A stretch of DNA of 64,000 nucleotides from Candidatus Sungiibacteriota bacterium (lineage in GTDB: Bacteria > Patescibacteriota > Minisyncoccia > Sungbacterales > SURF-37): positions 82,473 through 146,472 of the forward strand of contig JACPMF010000002.1 of assembly GCA_016186145.1 (NCBI GenBank). Reading direction: 5' to 3'. Each line of letters opens with the position of its first letter. The first letter of the stretch is position 1. Below the pieces are notes generated by a model. It did not search any database and was not told where the DNA came from. It worked only from the letters and a program-made list of their open reading frames with translations. Below, piece by piece: positions 30,461-40,809 of this stretch. A program made the translations under genes and the position numbers.

Positions 30461-30714
30461 CTCCGGAACAGGGAATCGGCTATAAGTATATTTCCTGACG
30501 GAAATTTCCCGCGCAGAACTCGGGGGCTTGGATTCGAACCAAGATACCATGCTCCAGAGGCATGGGTCCTACCATTAGACGACCCCCGAGTTCTGGGCGA
30601 GAAAAAAGCGGCATCCGTTCCGGGGCGTAGTACTGCGCCGCTCGCTTCGCTCGCGTGCTCGTAACGCCCGCGAAAAGCTATTCAAACACTTTTCGCCCAT
30701 TAGACGATCCCGGA
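30461..30714 (-). ncRNA. tRNA-like outer shell enclosing a palindromic element and tRNA-Gln
   Basis: 5' remnant TCCGGGATCGTCTAATGG (30714-30697) and 3' remnant CGATTCCCTGTTCCGGAG (30478-30461) can form a 7-bp acceptor stem; TTGAAA-17-TAAGAT promoter upstream. Confidence 0.55.
30519..30589 (-). tRNA. tRNA-Gln(CTG)
   Basis: TCGGGGG/CCCCCGA acceptor stem, CATGC-CT-CTG-GA-GCATG anticodon arm, GGTTCGAATCC T-arm; no encoded CCA. Confidence 0.95.
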
Positions 30715-30767
30715 ATAAATTTCTTGAACGCATCTTATAACAAAAAAGGGTGGTTTTCAAACGCCCC

Positions 30768-32432
30768 TTAAAGAATCTTGCGGTATATCTTAAACGCCTC
30801 ATCCCCTTTTTTGTTTTGAATACTCGCCGGCTCAACACCCTCAACATGTCCGAAAAAATCCGGCGAAGGAATAAAATTGGTTGAAACAACAAAATAAACG
30901 TGCCGGAAGCCGGTGCGAAAAAGATAATCGAACCCATTAACGCGAAGCATGTCTCCGTAATCTGAAAACGGAATTACAGGCCAGCCATGATAAACCAGCA
31001 AACGGTCAAAACTCCACATGCGCTCCCCCTGGTCAAAGTTACCGTAGAGCACGATTGCTGCGGGATAGGGCGCGCGTCCTTCCGCCTCGGCCTCTGCCAC
31101 TGCTTTTTCCTGAATGCGCCTCAAAAAACCGAACTTTTCGTACAAAACAAATGCCGGCACTTTATTTTCAAGCTCATTTTCAATCCACGCCGAAAGTTCC
31201 CGATTGCCGGCGTTATAATTTTCATACCGGATCCGAGAGGCAAGCCACGGTTCCAGCCCGACCGAATAATACCTGATTTGATTGTTGACGGTATAAAAAA
31301 TCTCAAATGCGAAAACGACTATAAGAAGAATAAGGGCGGCTTTGGGAAATCGCCAAAGGAACTTTTGGTAAAAAGCGTACATAAAAACACCGACGGCGAT
31401 CGCGATGAAAGGTGTTAACATCGTCAAAAAACGGTTTGACGGCCCAATAACAAGCAAAAGCAAAACGACGAACGGCAAAGAAACGATTAAAAGCAAATAC
31501 CTCCGCACGATATGGCTAAAATTCCTTGCCGCGCCAACCAAAAAAGCGACAAACGCTGACGCAAAAAGCGAAAGAAAAACCCACGAGTTACCCGCGATCA
31601 AGTTTGGAATGAATTGCCCGGCCCGTTCAAGAAAAGTTCCGATTTCTTTTCCCGGCGCAACCCTCCACGCCTCGGGGCGCGGGCCAAAAACGGTTGAAAA
31701 CTGAAAATCGAGATATCCGGTTGCGCGATAAAGCTCAAGATTGTAAATAATCACCGGGCTGAAAACAGCAAGCGCCACACAAAACCCGAACCAGAGTTTT
31801 TTGTTTAAAAATAACCGCGGACGGACCAAAAGAAGATACAACCCGAATATCGGGAAAAGAATCACCGCGGTATATTTGGTAAGAAGCGCCAGACCAACGG
31901 CAATACCAGCATGGAGAAAATAACTGTCCCGCCCCAGCGCTTTCAAAAAGAAAAAAATGCTCGCGAGCATGAAGAAAATGACGTATGACTCCTGCATGCC
32001 AACGCGCGAAATAAATACATGATTAACATTCACTGCAAAAAGACCGGCGGCAATGAGCGCGGCTTCATACGAAAAAAAACGGCGCGCGACAAGATATAAA
32101 AACAGCACCGAAGCGACCCCGAAAAGTACTGACGGCAGACGAAACGCAATAACGTTTTCACCAAAAAGCCGGATAAAAAAATGCTGGATTAAAAACACCA
32201 GCGGCGGATGGTCGTGAAACGAAAACTTAGTCCAGGAAGGAATGCCGGGATCAAACCAGGCAAGAGGAGTTTCCTGCGACGACCAACGGAAATAGTCCAA
32301 GAGCCCGACTGCGCGGAATGCATACGTCGCCTCGTCATTCAACAAATCTCCGCGGGAAAGCCCCCACAAACGAAGAAGGGCGGCAAAAAGCAAAATTGCG
32401 AAAAGAATTATGAGCGCCTGTTTTCTTGACAT
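30768..32432 (-). CDS. ArnT/PMT-family (GT-C) glycosyltransferase
   Basis: DEATY, DHPPL, FRLPS, LTKYT; multiple TM segments. Confidence 0.88.
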   Translation of the reverse strand: MSRKQALIILFAILLFAALLRLWGLSRGDLLNDEATYAFRAVGLLDYFRWSSQETPLAWFDPGIPSWTKFSFHDHPPLVFLIQHFFIRLFGENVIAFRLPSVLFGVASVLFLYLVARRFFSYEAALIAAGLFAVNVNHVFISRVGMQESYVIFFMLASIFFFLKALGRDSYFLHAGIAVGLALLTKYTAVILFPIFGLYLLLVRPRLFLNKKLWFGFCVALAVFSPVIIYNLELYRATGYLDFQFSTVFGPRPEAWRVAPGKEIGTFLERAGQFIPNLIAGNSWVFLSLFASAFVAFLVGAARNFSHIVRRYLLLIVSLPFVVLLLLVIGPSNRFLTMLTPFIAIAVGVFMYAFYQKFLWRFPKAALILLIVVFAFEIFYTVNNQIRYYSVGLEPWLASRIRYENYNAGNRELSAWIENELENKVPAFVLYEKFGFLRRIQEKAVAEAEAEGRAPYPAAIVLYGNFDQGERMWSFDRLLVYHGWPVIPFSDYGDMLRVNGFDYLFRTGFRHVYFVVSTNFIPSPDFFGHVEGVEPASIQNKKGDEAFKIYRKIL

Positions 32433-32496
32433 ACATGAATTATACTGCAGAATCCCATTGCAGCGTATACGCAGAAATTTCCAACAGCCTCCTCCC

Positions 32497-32528
32497 CTAT
32501 TCTCATATTCTTAAGAATATGAGAATAG
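32497..32528. repeat. Perfect 32-bp palindrome (second copy inside iscS at 12089-12120)
   Basis: CTATTCTCATATTCTTAAGAATATGAGAATAG. Confidence 0.85.
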
Positions 32529-32579
32529 TTAAAAAGCACGACGAACATCCTCGATTTAAGATAATTAAAACCGCGAGTG

Positions 32580-33062
32580 TTAGCTCGCGGCCGAATGCTT
32601 GACGCGTTCAACATGAATCGTATCGTCGTCATCAAGTCTTGCGTATCCTAAAAGGATTTCGGTCTCGGGAAAATGCCTGAAAACAATATTGCCGGCAAGC
32701 CGAAGCTCCCTTTCATGAAAAACCCGTTCCGTTTCGGAATCGGTAAACACATAACCGTCTGCGGCATATTTTCCGCAGTTTTGATGCGTTATGAGAACGA
32801 TTCGCCGAGCGTGGTGCTTTCCAACGGCAAGTCGCAAATCATCAAGCGCCGTTTCCAATCTCCCCGGCTTATCCGGAGAAGAAATATTTTTTGCGCCGCC
32901 GGCTAACCGTATTTCGTCGAAATCACCGATGTCGAACGCTTTGAGTACCGCCCCGCTAAAAGCTGCCCGCCGGCAACTGTCCCTGAAACGAAAGTCCATA
33001 CAGGTTAAGAGAACCGCGCCAACCTCATGTCGTTCAAGAAGTTTTACCTTATCGTGCTGCAT
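32580..33062 (-). CDS. Beta-carbonic-anhydrase-like protein
   Basis: CMDFR ... AGGA ... HQNCG Zn-ligand pattern. Confidence 0.75.
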   Translation of the reverse strand: MQHDKVKLLERHEVGAVLLTCMDFRFRDSCRRAAFSGAVLKAFDIGDFDEIRLAGGAKNISSPDKPGRLETALDDLRLAVGKHHARRIVLITHQNCGKYAADGYVFTDSETERVFHERELRLAGNIVFRHFPETEILLGYARLDDDDTIHVERVKHSAAS

Positions 33063-33066
33063 AGTT

Positions 33067-33312
33067 TCAAGCGGCAAGGAGCGTAATGCCTTCGTTTTCA
33101 GGTTTCACCTCCAGGAATCCAAAAGAACTCAAGTTAATTATACTCGTTTTATCAGATTTGTCAATAACCCTCATTGCCCCCGGCAACACAAGACCAATAA
33201 GCGGCAGATGGTTTTCAAGCACGGTAAGCTCGCCCATTTCGGTCGGCAAAGTCAGGCTTTTAACCTCCCCGTCAAAAAGAGTTTTTTCTATTGTATGAAT
33301 GTTTAGCCGCAT
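33067..33312 (-). CDS. atpC: ATP synthase epsilon subunit (N-terminal domain only)
   Basis: LPTEMGELTVLENHLPLI, GFLEV; ~81 aa; follows atpD. Confidence 0.88.
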   Translation of the reverse strand: MRLNIHTIEKTLFDGEVKSLTLPTEMGELTVLENHLPLIGLVLPGAMRVIDKSDKTSIINLSSFGFLEVKPENEGITLLAA

Positions 33313-33313
33313 C

Positions 33314-34758
<1,445 letters not shown>

Positions 34759-35688
34759 TTACGATTCGAGCGCTTCTTTACCGGCTGTTATCTCCGTCAA
34801 CTCTCTCGTTATATTAGCCTGGCGGGATTTATTATACTCGATAGTCAGCTCGCCGATCAACTCTTTCGCGTTTTCCGACGCGTTTTTCATTGCCACCATA
34901 CGCGCCGAATGCTCCGAAGCGTTTGACTCAAGAATAATGTGATGCAGCTGGATTTTAAAAAGCGTTGGCAATAATTTTTCCAAAACCTCTTTTGGCGACG
35001 GCTCGAATTTGTACTCGTACACAAATTTTGAATTTTGAATTTTGAATTTTGAATTTACGCCAGAGGCGTATAGGCCGTATTCTGGTGTGATGCCCCGAAT
35101 TGTCTCTTCAATCTTTCCGGGATTAACAGGCAGCACTTCAATCATTTTTGCTTCCTGTTTTAGGGTGCTTCGGAAGTTAGTGTAAAAAAGCAAAACGCGA
35201 TCCCAATCGTGAATCATGTAGCCATGAAGCAAAAACTCGGCAAGCGGTTCGGTTTCGCTCCTTGAAACATAGTCGCCAAAACCGGTAAATGCGGAAACCG
35301 TTTTTACGCCGCGCGTCAAAAAATAATCCCTCGCTTTTTTTCCTACTGTCACAACACTCGCCTTATTTTCTCTATTTTCTTTGAGCCATCGCTCGTAAAG
35401 CCGCAATACGTTAGAATTAAACGCGCCGGCAAGGCCCTTATCAGAAGTAATAACAAGCACTAAAGTATTTTTCACTTCCCGCTGCTGAAGGATTGCCGGT
35501 TTTTCAGAAATCCGCGCCGTTACGTTTTTCAAAATATCAAGCGCTGCCAACGCATACGGCCTTCCTGAAAGCGCAATGCCTTGCGATCTTCGCATTTTGG
35601 TAGCCGAAACCACTTCCATCGCTTTTGTTATTTGCGAAGTATTTTTTACCGATCGTATTCTTCTTTTGATGTCTTTAAGGGATGCCAT
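34759..35688 (-). CDS. atpG: ATP synthase gamma subunit
   Basis: QITKAMEVVS, SDKGLAGAFN, SEHSARMVAM, RQANITREL. Confidence 0.97.
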   Translation of the reverse strand: MASLKDIKRRIRSVKNTSQITKAMEVVSATKMRRSQGIALSGRPYALAALDILKNVTARISEKPAILQQREVKNTLVLVITSDKGLAGAFNSNVLRLYERWLKENRENKASVVTVGKKARDYFLTRGVKTVSAFTGFGDYVSRSETEPLAEFLLHGYMIHDWDRVLLFYTNFRSTLKQEAKMIEVLPVNPGKIEETIRGITPEYGLYASGVNSKFKIQNSKFVYEYKFEPSPKEVLEKLLPTLFKIQLHHIILESNASEHSARMVAMKNASENAKELIGELTIEYNKSRQANITRELTEITAGKEALES

Positions 35689-35743
35689 AACAACACGAGA
35701 TGACGGAAATCATTTTCATTAAGCGCTGACCAAACAGCGCTTT

Positions 35744-37267
35744 TTACAACCTCTTAAACCCCTCTATAGCTTTTTTCAGCCCCCCCTCAACTTCCTGAGA
35801 AAGTTCACCCGAAATTTTTATCTTTTCCAATAAATCTCCGTGCAGTTTCTTTATAAAATCAATAAATTTTGCTTCAACGGCTTTCGTCTCATGAGCCGCT
35901 ATACCGTCAAAATATCCATTAACTCCGGCGTACAACAAAACAACTTGTTCCTCAAACGACACAGGCGCAAAATCATTTTGCTTCAAAAGCTCGGTCAAAA
36001 CCAATCCGCGCTCAATTCTCTTGCGTGTTGCCTCATCGAGGTCGGATGCAAACTGCACAAAGGCCTGAAGTTCGCGAAACTGCGCGAGATCGAGCCGCAA
36101 CCTTCCGGCAACTTTTTTCATTGCTTTAGTCTGGGCTGCCGAACCAACGCGGGATACCGAAAGCCCGACATTCACCGCAGGCCGCACTCCCTGATAAAAC
36201 AAATCCGGCTCCAAATAAATCTGCCCGTCGGTAATTGAAATAACGTTTGTCGGAATGTATGCCGAAACGTCTCCCAGCTGGGTCTCAATAATCGGAAGTG
36301 CGGTCAACGACCCCCCGCCGCGCTCTTTCGACATCTTTGCGGCTCGCTCCAAAAGCCGGGAATGGAGATAAAAAATATCCCCGGGATAGGCCTCGCGCCC
36401 TGGCGGACGGCGAAGCAAAAGCGAAACCTGGCGATAGGCGTTGGCGTGTTTAGAAAGGTCGTCATAAACAACAAGCGCGTCTTCACCCTTGTCCATAAAG
36501 TATTCTCCGATGGCGCATCCTGTAAACGGAGCAATGTATTGCAATGGTGCCGGAACAGAAGCAGCGGCAGAAACCACTACTGTATATTTCATCGCGCCCC
36601 GTTTTTCCAATTCCGCAACAATCTTTCTCACTTTTGATTCGCGTTGTCCTATTGCGACATAAATACAAACCGGCGTTTTGTGCCGCTTATCCTGCGCCTG
36701 ATTTAAAATCGCGTCTATCGCAATAGCCGTTTTCCCCGTTTGCCGATCTCCGATAATAAGTTCGCGCTGGCCCCGGCCAATCGGAATCATTGCGTCAATC
36801 GCCTTTATGCCGGTATGCAGAGGCGTGTTCACGCCCTCGCGGTAAATTACGCCCGGCGCGGTTTTTTCAACCGGATAGTAGGTGGTTTTTTCCGAGTCAG
36901 TAAAAATCGGCCCACGCCCGTCAAGCGGTTCCATTAAAGGACTGACTACCCGTCCGACAAGTTCTTCGCCAACAGGAACTGACAAAACCCGACCCGTCGA
37001 ACGAACCGAATCGCCTTCTTTTACCGAAAGATAATTTCCAAGAACCACCGCTCCTACAGAATCTTCTTCGAGATTCAGCACAATCGCGGTTACCGTGCCA
37101 TCCCCTGTCTCAATCTCAACCATCTCCTGCGACTTTGCATCCGAAAGCCCCCAAATGCGTACAACCCCGTCGGCAACTTCCTGGACCTGCCCAACTTTTT
37201 CGGCTTTTATTTCGGACTTGAAACCCTCTATTTCTTGCTTTAGTTTTTTTATGATCTCTGTTGACAT
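35744..37267 (-). CDS. atpA: ATP synthase alpha subunit
   Basis: [18 protein letters not shown]. Confidence 0.98.
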   Translation of the reverse strand: MSTEIIKKLKQEIEGFKSEIKAEKVGQVQEVADGVVRIWGLSDAKSQEMVEIETGDGTVTAIVLNLEEDSVGAVVLGNYLSVKEGDSVRSTGRVLSVPVGEELVGRVVSPLMEPLDGRGPIFTDSEKTTYYPVEKTAPGVIYREGVNTPLHTGIKAIDAMIPIGRGQRELIIGDRQTGKTAIAIDAILNQAQDKRHKTPVCIYVAIGQRESKVRKIVAELEKRGAMKYTVVVSAAASVPAPLQYIAPFTGCAIGEYFMDKGEDALVVYDDLSKHANAYRQVSLLLRRPPGREAYPGDIFYLHSRLLERAAKMSKERGGGSLTALPIIETQLGDVSAYIPTNVISITDGQIYLEPDLFYQGVRPAVNVGLSVSRVGSAAQTKAMKKVAGRLRLDLAQFRELQAFVQFASDLDEATRKRIERGLVLTELLKQNDFAPVSFEEQVVLLYAGVNGYFDGIAAHETKAVEAKFIDFIKKLHGDLLEKIKISGELSQEVEGGLKKAIEGFKRL

Positions 37268-37342
37268 AAAAAGTAAATTCTGATATAAATGTTCAAGATA
37301 TTATCGCTCTTTAATACATCGCAAAAACAAGAGGAGGACTGC

Positions 37343-37651
37343 ATGGAATGCGAAAAAGGTCTATTGAGAGAGGGTGCGCTCTTGCTTGCTAAGGGTGTCG
37401 GGCTTTCTCTGGCAGGTATGGGGTATAAACTTCTTCAATTAGCCGAACAAGATAAAAAATTCTCTTCGCTTGCTAAACACCAAACCTTTCCTTCGGGTGA
37501 TGGTTTAGCAGGCACCTTCTCATGGCAGGAACTCGCAGAACTTTTACACCAGCTAGTTTCAGAAGGAACACTACACACCTATACCCCACTAACCCTAGCC
37601 CCAACCCCTCTTATTATATACACTACAAATCCACCACTGCGGCCGCACTAA
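37343..37651 (+). CDS. Hypothetical protein inserted antisense between atpH and atpA
   Basis: SD GAGGAGG; TTGACA-17-TATAAA promoter (37261-37289); terminator GCCGCA..TGCGGC-T5. Confidence 0.6.
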   Translation: MECEKGLLREGALLLAKGVGLSLAGMGYKLLQLAEQDKKFSSLAKHQTFPSGDGLAGTFSWQELAELLHQLVSEGTLHTYTPLTLAPTPLIIYTTNPPLRPH

Positions 37652-37662
37652 AATGCGGCTTT

Positions 37663-38040
37663 TTAATGGTACAAAAACATTTTTTGTAGCCTTGCTTTTA
37701 CGCTCGCGTCAATAATTGTTTCATCGTTTATTTTTATAATTACACCGCCTACAATTTCCGGCTTGGTTGAAAAATTTATCTCGTCCGCTTTCCCAAATCT
37801 TTCACGGATTTTGGGCTCAAGCTCTTTTCTCATATCCCGCGCCGTAGTTACTTCGATTTTTTTTATGCCGCTTTTTTTATAAAAAAGTTTTTCAATATGA
37901 CAAAGAATTTCCGGAAGTTTTGGCAAATCGCCGCTTCGCCTCACCAATCTTAAAAAATTTCCTGTTATTTCGTGGGTGATGCTCTTTTTTTCCACTGCCC
38001 CCCAAAATGCAGCAGCATATGTTGCTGGTGTATACCTCAT
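37663..38040 (-). CDS. atpH: ATP synthase delta subunit (short form)
   Basis: PEIVGGVIIKINDETIIDASVKARL; operon position. Confidence 0.88.
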   Translation of the reverse strand: MRYTPATYAAAFWGAVEKKSITHEITGNFLRLVRRSGDLPKLPEILCHIEKLFYKKSGIKKIEVTTARDMRKELEPKIRERFGKADEINFSTKPEIVGGVIIKINDETIIDASVKARLQKMFLYH

Positions 38041-38537
38041 ACTGTTTCGAGTTCACGAAGAGCCTTATCAACAAGCTCCCCGTCAATTTTCTCGGGCGAA
38101 CGCTCAACTACTTTTGCAACGGCAAGCCGCACCAATTCGGCGGCTTCCTTGGAAAACGACTCGGCCGCTATCCGCTTTTCTTCTTCGACCCTTCGTTTTC
38201 CGTCCCGTATAACTTCCTCACTCTTTTTAACTGCTTCAGTCAAGATTTCTGCCTCTTTTTTCTTACCCAATGATTCTGCTCGCGCAATAAGACCTAATGA
38301 CTCACTCTCAGCCTTTTTTATAATCGCCCCTTTTTCTGAATCTGCTTCTTTTAGTTTCTTCTCTGCCTCCTCGCGCATCAAAATCCCCTCGCGAATCTTC
38401 TCGCGCCTGGTTTCAAGCATGCCAAGAATAGGCCGATACGCAAACTTCAAAAAAACAAAAAAAAGTATTCCGAAATTCACTGCTTGCGCCAACACAAGCC
38501 GCCAATCAATACCGAATTGGTGAATTAATTCAGACAA
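38037..38537 (-). CDS. atpF: ATP synthase b subunit
   Basis: AQAVNFGIL...Y.PI..ML..R..KI followed by a coiled coil. Confidence 0.93.
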   Translation of the reverse strand: MSELIHQFGIDWRLVLAQAVNFGILFFVFLKFAYRPILGMLETRREKIREGILMREEAEKKLKEADSEKGAIIKKAESESLGLIARAESLGKKKEAEILTEAVKKSEEVIRDGKRRVEEEKRIAAESFSKEAAELVRLAVAKVVERSPEKIDGELVDKALRELETV

Positions 38538-38547
38538 CTTTTATCTT

Positions 38548-38640
38548 TCCGTGCACTTCCGCGTAGCTATCTGCGTTATTCCGCTTCTATCAACCATAGA
38601 AGCAGATCAACGCGGAATGCGACGCGGATCAACACAGATG
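38548..38640. repeat. Inverted array of TCCGCG/CGCGGA repeats (atpE-atpF junction)
   Basis: TCCGTG..TTCCGCG..ATCTGCG..TTCCGC ... GCAGAT..CGCGGAA..CGCGGAT..CACAGAT. Confidence 0.7.
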
Positions 38641-38650
38641 ATTTACTGAT

Positions 38651-38863
38651 TTAGACGAACTTCAAAATAAGCGCGACCACAAGCGCGTAGATCGCGATCG
38701 CTTCGGCAAAGGCAATTGCCAAAATCATCGCGGTCTGAATTTTATTCGACGCCTCCGGATTTCTGCCTATTGCTTCAAGCCCTTTCCCTGCAAGCCATCC
38801 AATGGCAAGGGCCGGAGCGATCGTACCAATACCCATAACAAGGGCGACAGGTAAATTTTCCAT
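38651..38863 (-). CDS. atpE: ATP synthase c subunit
   Basis: GRNPEA loop and the FAEAIAIY carboxylate. Confidence 0.97.
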   Translation of the reverse strand: MENLPVALVMGIGTIAPALAIGWLAGKGLEAIGRNPEASNKIQTAMILAIAFAEAIAIYALVVALILKFV

Positions 38864-38873
38864 AAATTGTTAC

Positions 38874-38943
38874 AGAAATAGAAAATTTAGAAACTAAGAA
38901 ATTTTCAAACCGCAATTTCTCAATTTCTAATTTCTCATTTTCT
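38874..38943. repeat. Inverted array of AGAAA(T/A) repeats (atpB-atpE junction)
   Basis: AGAAATAGAAAATTTAGAAACTAAGAAATT ... AATTTCTCAATTTCTAATTTCTCATTTTCT. Confidence 0.7.
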
Positions 38944-38946
38944 TAG

Positions 38947-39696
38947 CTAATGATGTTCGACCACGGCGATACTCATAAATACTAATGTCAGCATAGCAAA
39001 AACAAGGGCCTGAATAAATCCGACGAACATTTCAAGCATCAAAAACGGAAGCGGGACAAAAACGGGCACCAGAAAACCGATGATAATCAGCAAAACTTCT
39101 CCGGCAAAAATATTGCCGAAAAGCCGGAACGAGAACGAAATCATCTTAGCAATTTCGGAAACAATTTCAAGGATGCCGACGAAAAACTGAATCGGCCCCC
39201 TGAAAGAAAAGTATTTGCCGATATGTTTCGAAAGCCCGATTGCGGAAATGCCAATAAGCTGGGTTGCAAAAACAGAGATGATCGCGAGCGCGAGGGTAAA
39301 ATTCAAATCGCTGGCACTCGACCGAAAAAACGGAACAAAAACCTCTTCGCCGGGGTATGCATGCGACTCTTCATAAATGCCGGCGGAACCGAGAAACGGA
39401 AAAATACCAAACCAATTTGAAATGAGAATAAAAATAAAGATGGTGGCAATAAACGGAAAATATTTTTCTGCCTTTTGTTTACTGCCAAACGGACCCTCCA
39501 TCAGACCAAGCACCCCTTCAACAGCAACCTCAAAAACATTCTGGACCCCGGCAGGAATAAGCGCGGGACGCCGCAAAAAAATAACGCTCATAAAAATAAG
39601 CGCCGCCACCACAAGCCAGCCCATTAATAATGTATTCGTTATGGGAAAACCAAAGACTGAAAAAATTTTTTCCGCCGCTATGGATATTTCGATCAT
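38947..39696 (-). CDS. atpB: ATP synthase a subunit
   Basis: SFSFRLFGNIFAGE, GFIQALVF. Confidence 0.96.
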   Translation of the reverse strand: MIEISIAAEKIFSVFGFPITNTLLMGWLVVAALIFMSVIFLRRPALIPAGVQNVFEVAVEGVLGLMEGPFGSKQKAEKYFPFIATIFIFILISNWFGIFPFLGSAGIYEESHAYPGEEVFVPFFRSSASDLNFTLALAIISVFATQLIGISAIGLSKHIGKYFSFRGPIQFFVGILEIVSEIAKMISFSFRLFGNIFAGEVLLIIIGFLVPVFVPLPFLMLEMFVGFIQALVFAMLTLVFMSIAVVEHH

Positions 39697-39857
39697 GCCA
39701 ATTTTATTCGAGCGTAAGCGAGACTATAAAATTGAGCACCCTGTTAAATGCCGCTTTGCGGCAATTTCGCCAAAGGCGAAATTATTTAACAGGGTAAAGG
39801 TTTGGCGACAAAATTTACTTCGTGTGCGGCACTCGTAAATTTTGGCCAAACTCTTTA
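39694..39857 (-). repeat. Three-domain nested-hairpin element, copy 2 (ahpC 3' end to atpB ATG)
   Basis: TAAAGAGTTTGGC..GCCAAACCTTTA, CCCTGTTAAAT..ATTTAACAGGG, TGCTCAATTTTAT..ATAAAATTGGC-ATG. Confidence 0.9.
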
Positions 39858-40423
39858 TACACCTTCCCTGCCTTCTTAATTGACGGCTCAAGCGCGCCAA
39901 TCTCTTCCCAACTCGCAGGGCATACCTTTCCGGGATTTCTCGAAACGAAATCAAGCGCTTTCAACTTACGAAGCGCGTCATGCGCCGAACGGCCGATAGC
40001 ATCGGCAACAATGTCGACAGCACGCAAAACCCCTTCAGGATCAACAATGAAAGTTGCGCGCTGGGCCATTCCTTTTTCTTCATCGTAAATACCAAGCTCT
40101 TTCGAGAATCGGCCGTTATGATCTGCTGCCATCACACACCTGAATCCGGCGAGCAATTCTTCAACCTCAAGCCATGCCTTGTGGGTAAATACCGTATCAG
40201 TACTCGCAACCACGACTTCGGCGTTCATCTTTTTAAATTCGGCATGAAGTTTATTAAGATCTGCAAGCTCGGTCGGACAAACAAACGTAAAATCAGCCGG
40301 GTAAAACATCAGCACCGTCCATTTGCCGGCAAGATCTTTTAAGGCGAGGCGTCCTGTCTCATCTTTATCCGGCAAATAAACCTCGAGAGAAAACGAAGGA
40401 AATTTTTGATCAACTTGAAACAT
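39815..40423 (-). CDS. ahpC: 2-Cys peroxiredoxin (AhpC family)
   Basis: FYPADFTFVCPTE and VCPASW; the last 13 aa are encoded by the repeat element. Confidence 0.93.
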   Translation of the reverse strand: MFQVDQKFPSFSLEVYLPDKDETGRLALKDLAGKWTVLMFYPADFTFVCPTELADLNKLHAEFKKMNAEVVVASTDTVFTHKAWLEVEELLAGFRCVMAADHNGRFSKELGIYDEEKGMAQRATFIVDPEGVLRAVDIVADAIGRSAHDALRKLKALDFVSRNPGKVCPASWEEIGALEPSIKKAGKVYKEFGQNLRVPHTK

Positions 40424-40656
40424 GCGAATTTTCTCAGCGAGGCGAGCGACTACGCTCGCGAAGCCGAGCTGTTAGAAAATTCAGCACCCTGTTAAATAAT
40501 TCCGCCAAGGGCGGAATTCCCCTGTTAAATCTTTTGCCGAAGGCAAAAGAAAACCAAAGGTTTTATTTAACAGGGGATTTAACAGGGTAAAGGTTTTGTA
40601 GCCAAAATTTATTCTCCCGCTTACAGCGGGATCCAAATTTTAGACAAAACCCTTTA
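40421..40656 (-). repeat. Three-domain nested-hairpin element, copy 3 (ahpC 5' UTR), with a second P2 unit nested inside P2
   Basis: Same three stems; internal CCCCTGTTAAAT..ATTTAACAGGGG. Confidence 0.9.
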
Positions 40657-40809
40657 CATACAAGAGTGTACCTAACAAATAGAACCACGGCAAGTATCAT
40701 CCCGAGGCAATCAACAACAAACTATTTGGCAAGCAACTGATTTATTTTTTTGAGAGTCATCTGGCCGACAAATCCGGAGCCTTCGCTGAGTCCGACAGGC
40801 ATTAAAATT

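Noticed and set aside
30575-30937. ORF-track ORFs overlapping tRNAs or repeat elements (also 30452-30664, 39724-39954, 55631-55870, 57042-57296, 57118-57402)
   Set aside because: They read through tRNA genes or palindromic elements and have no protein-like features.
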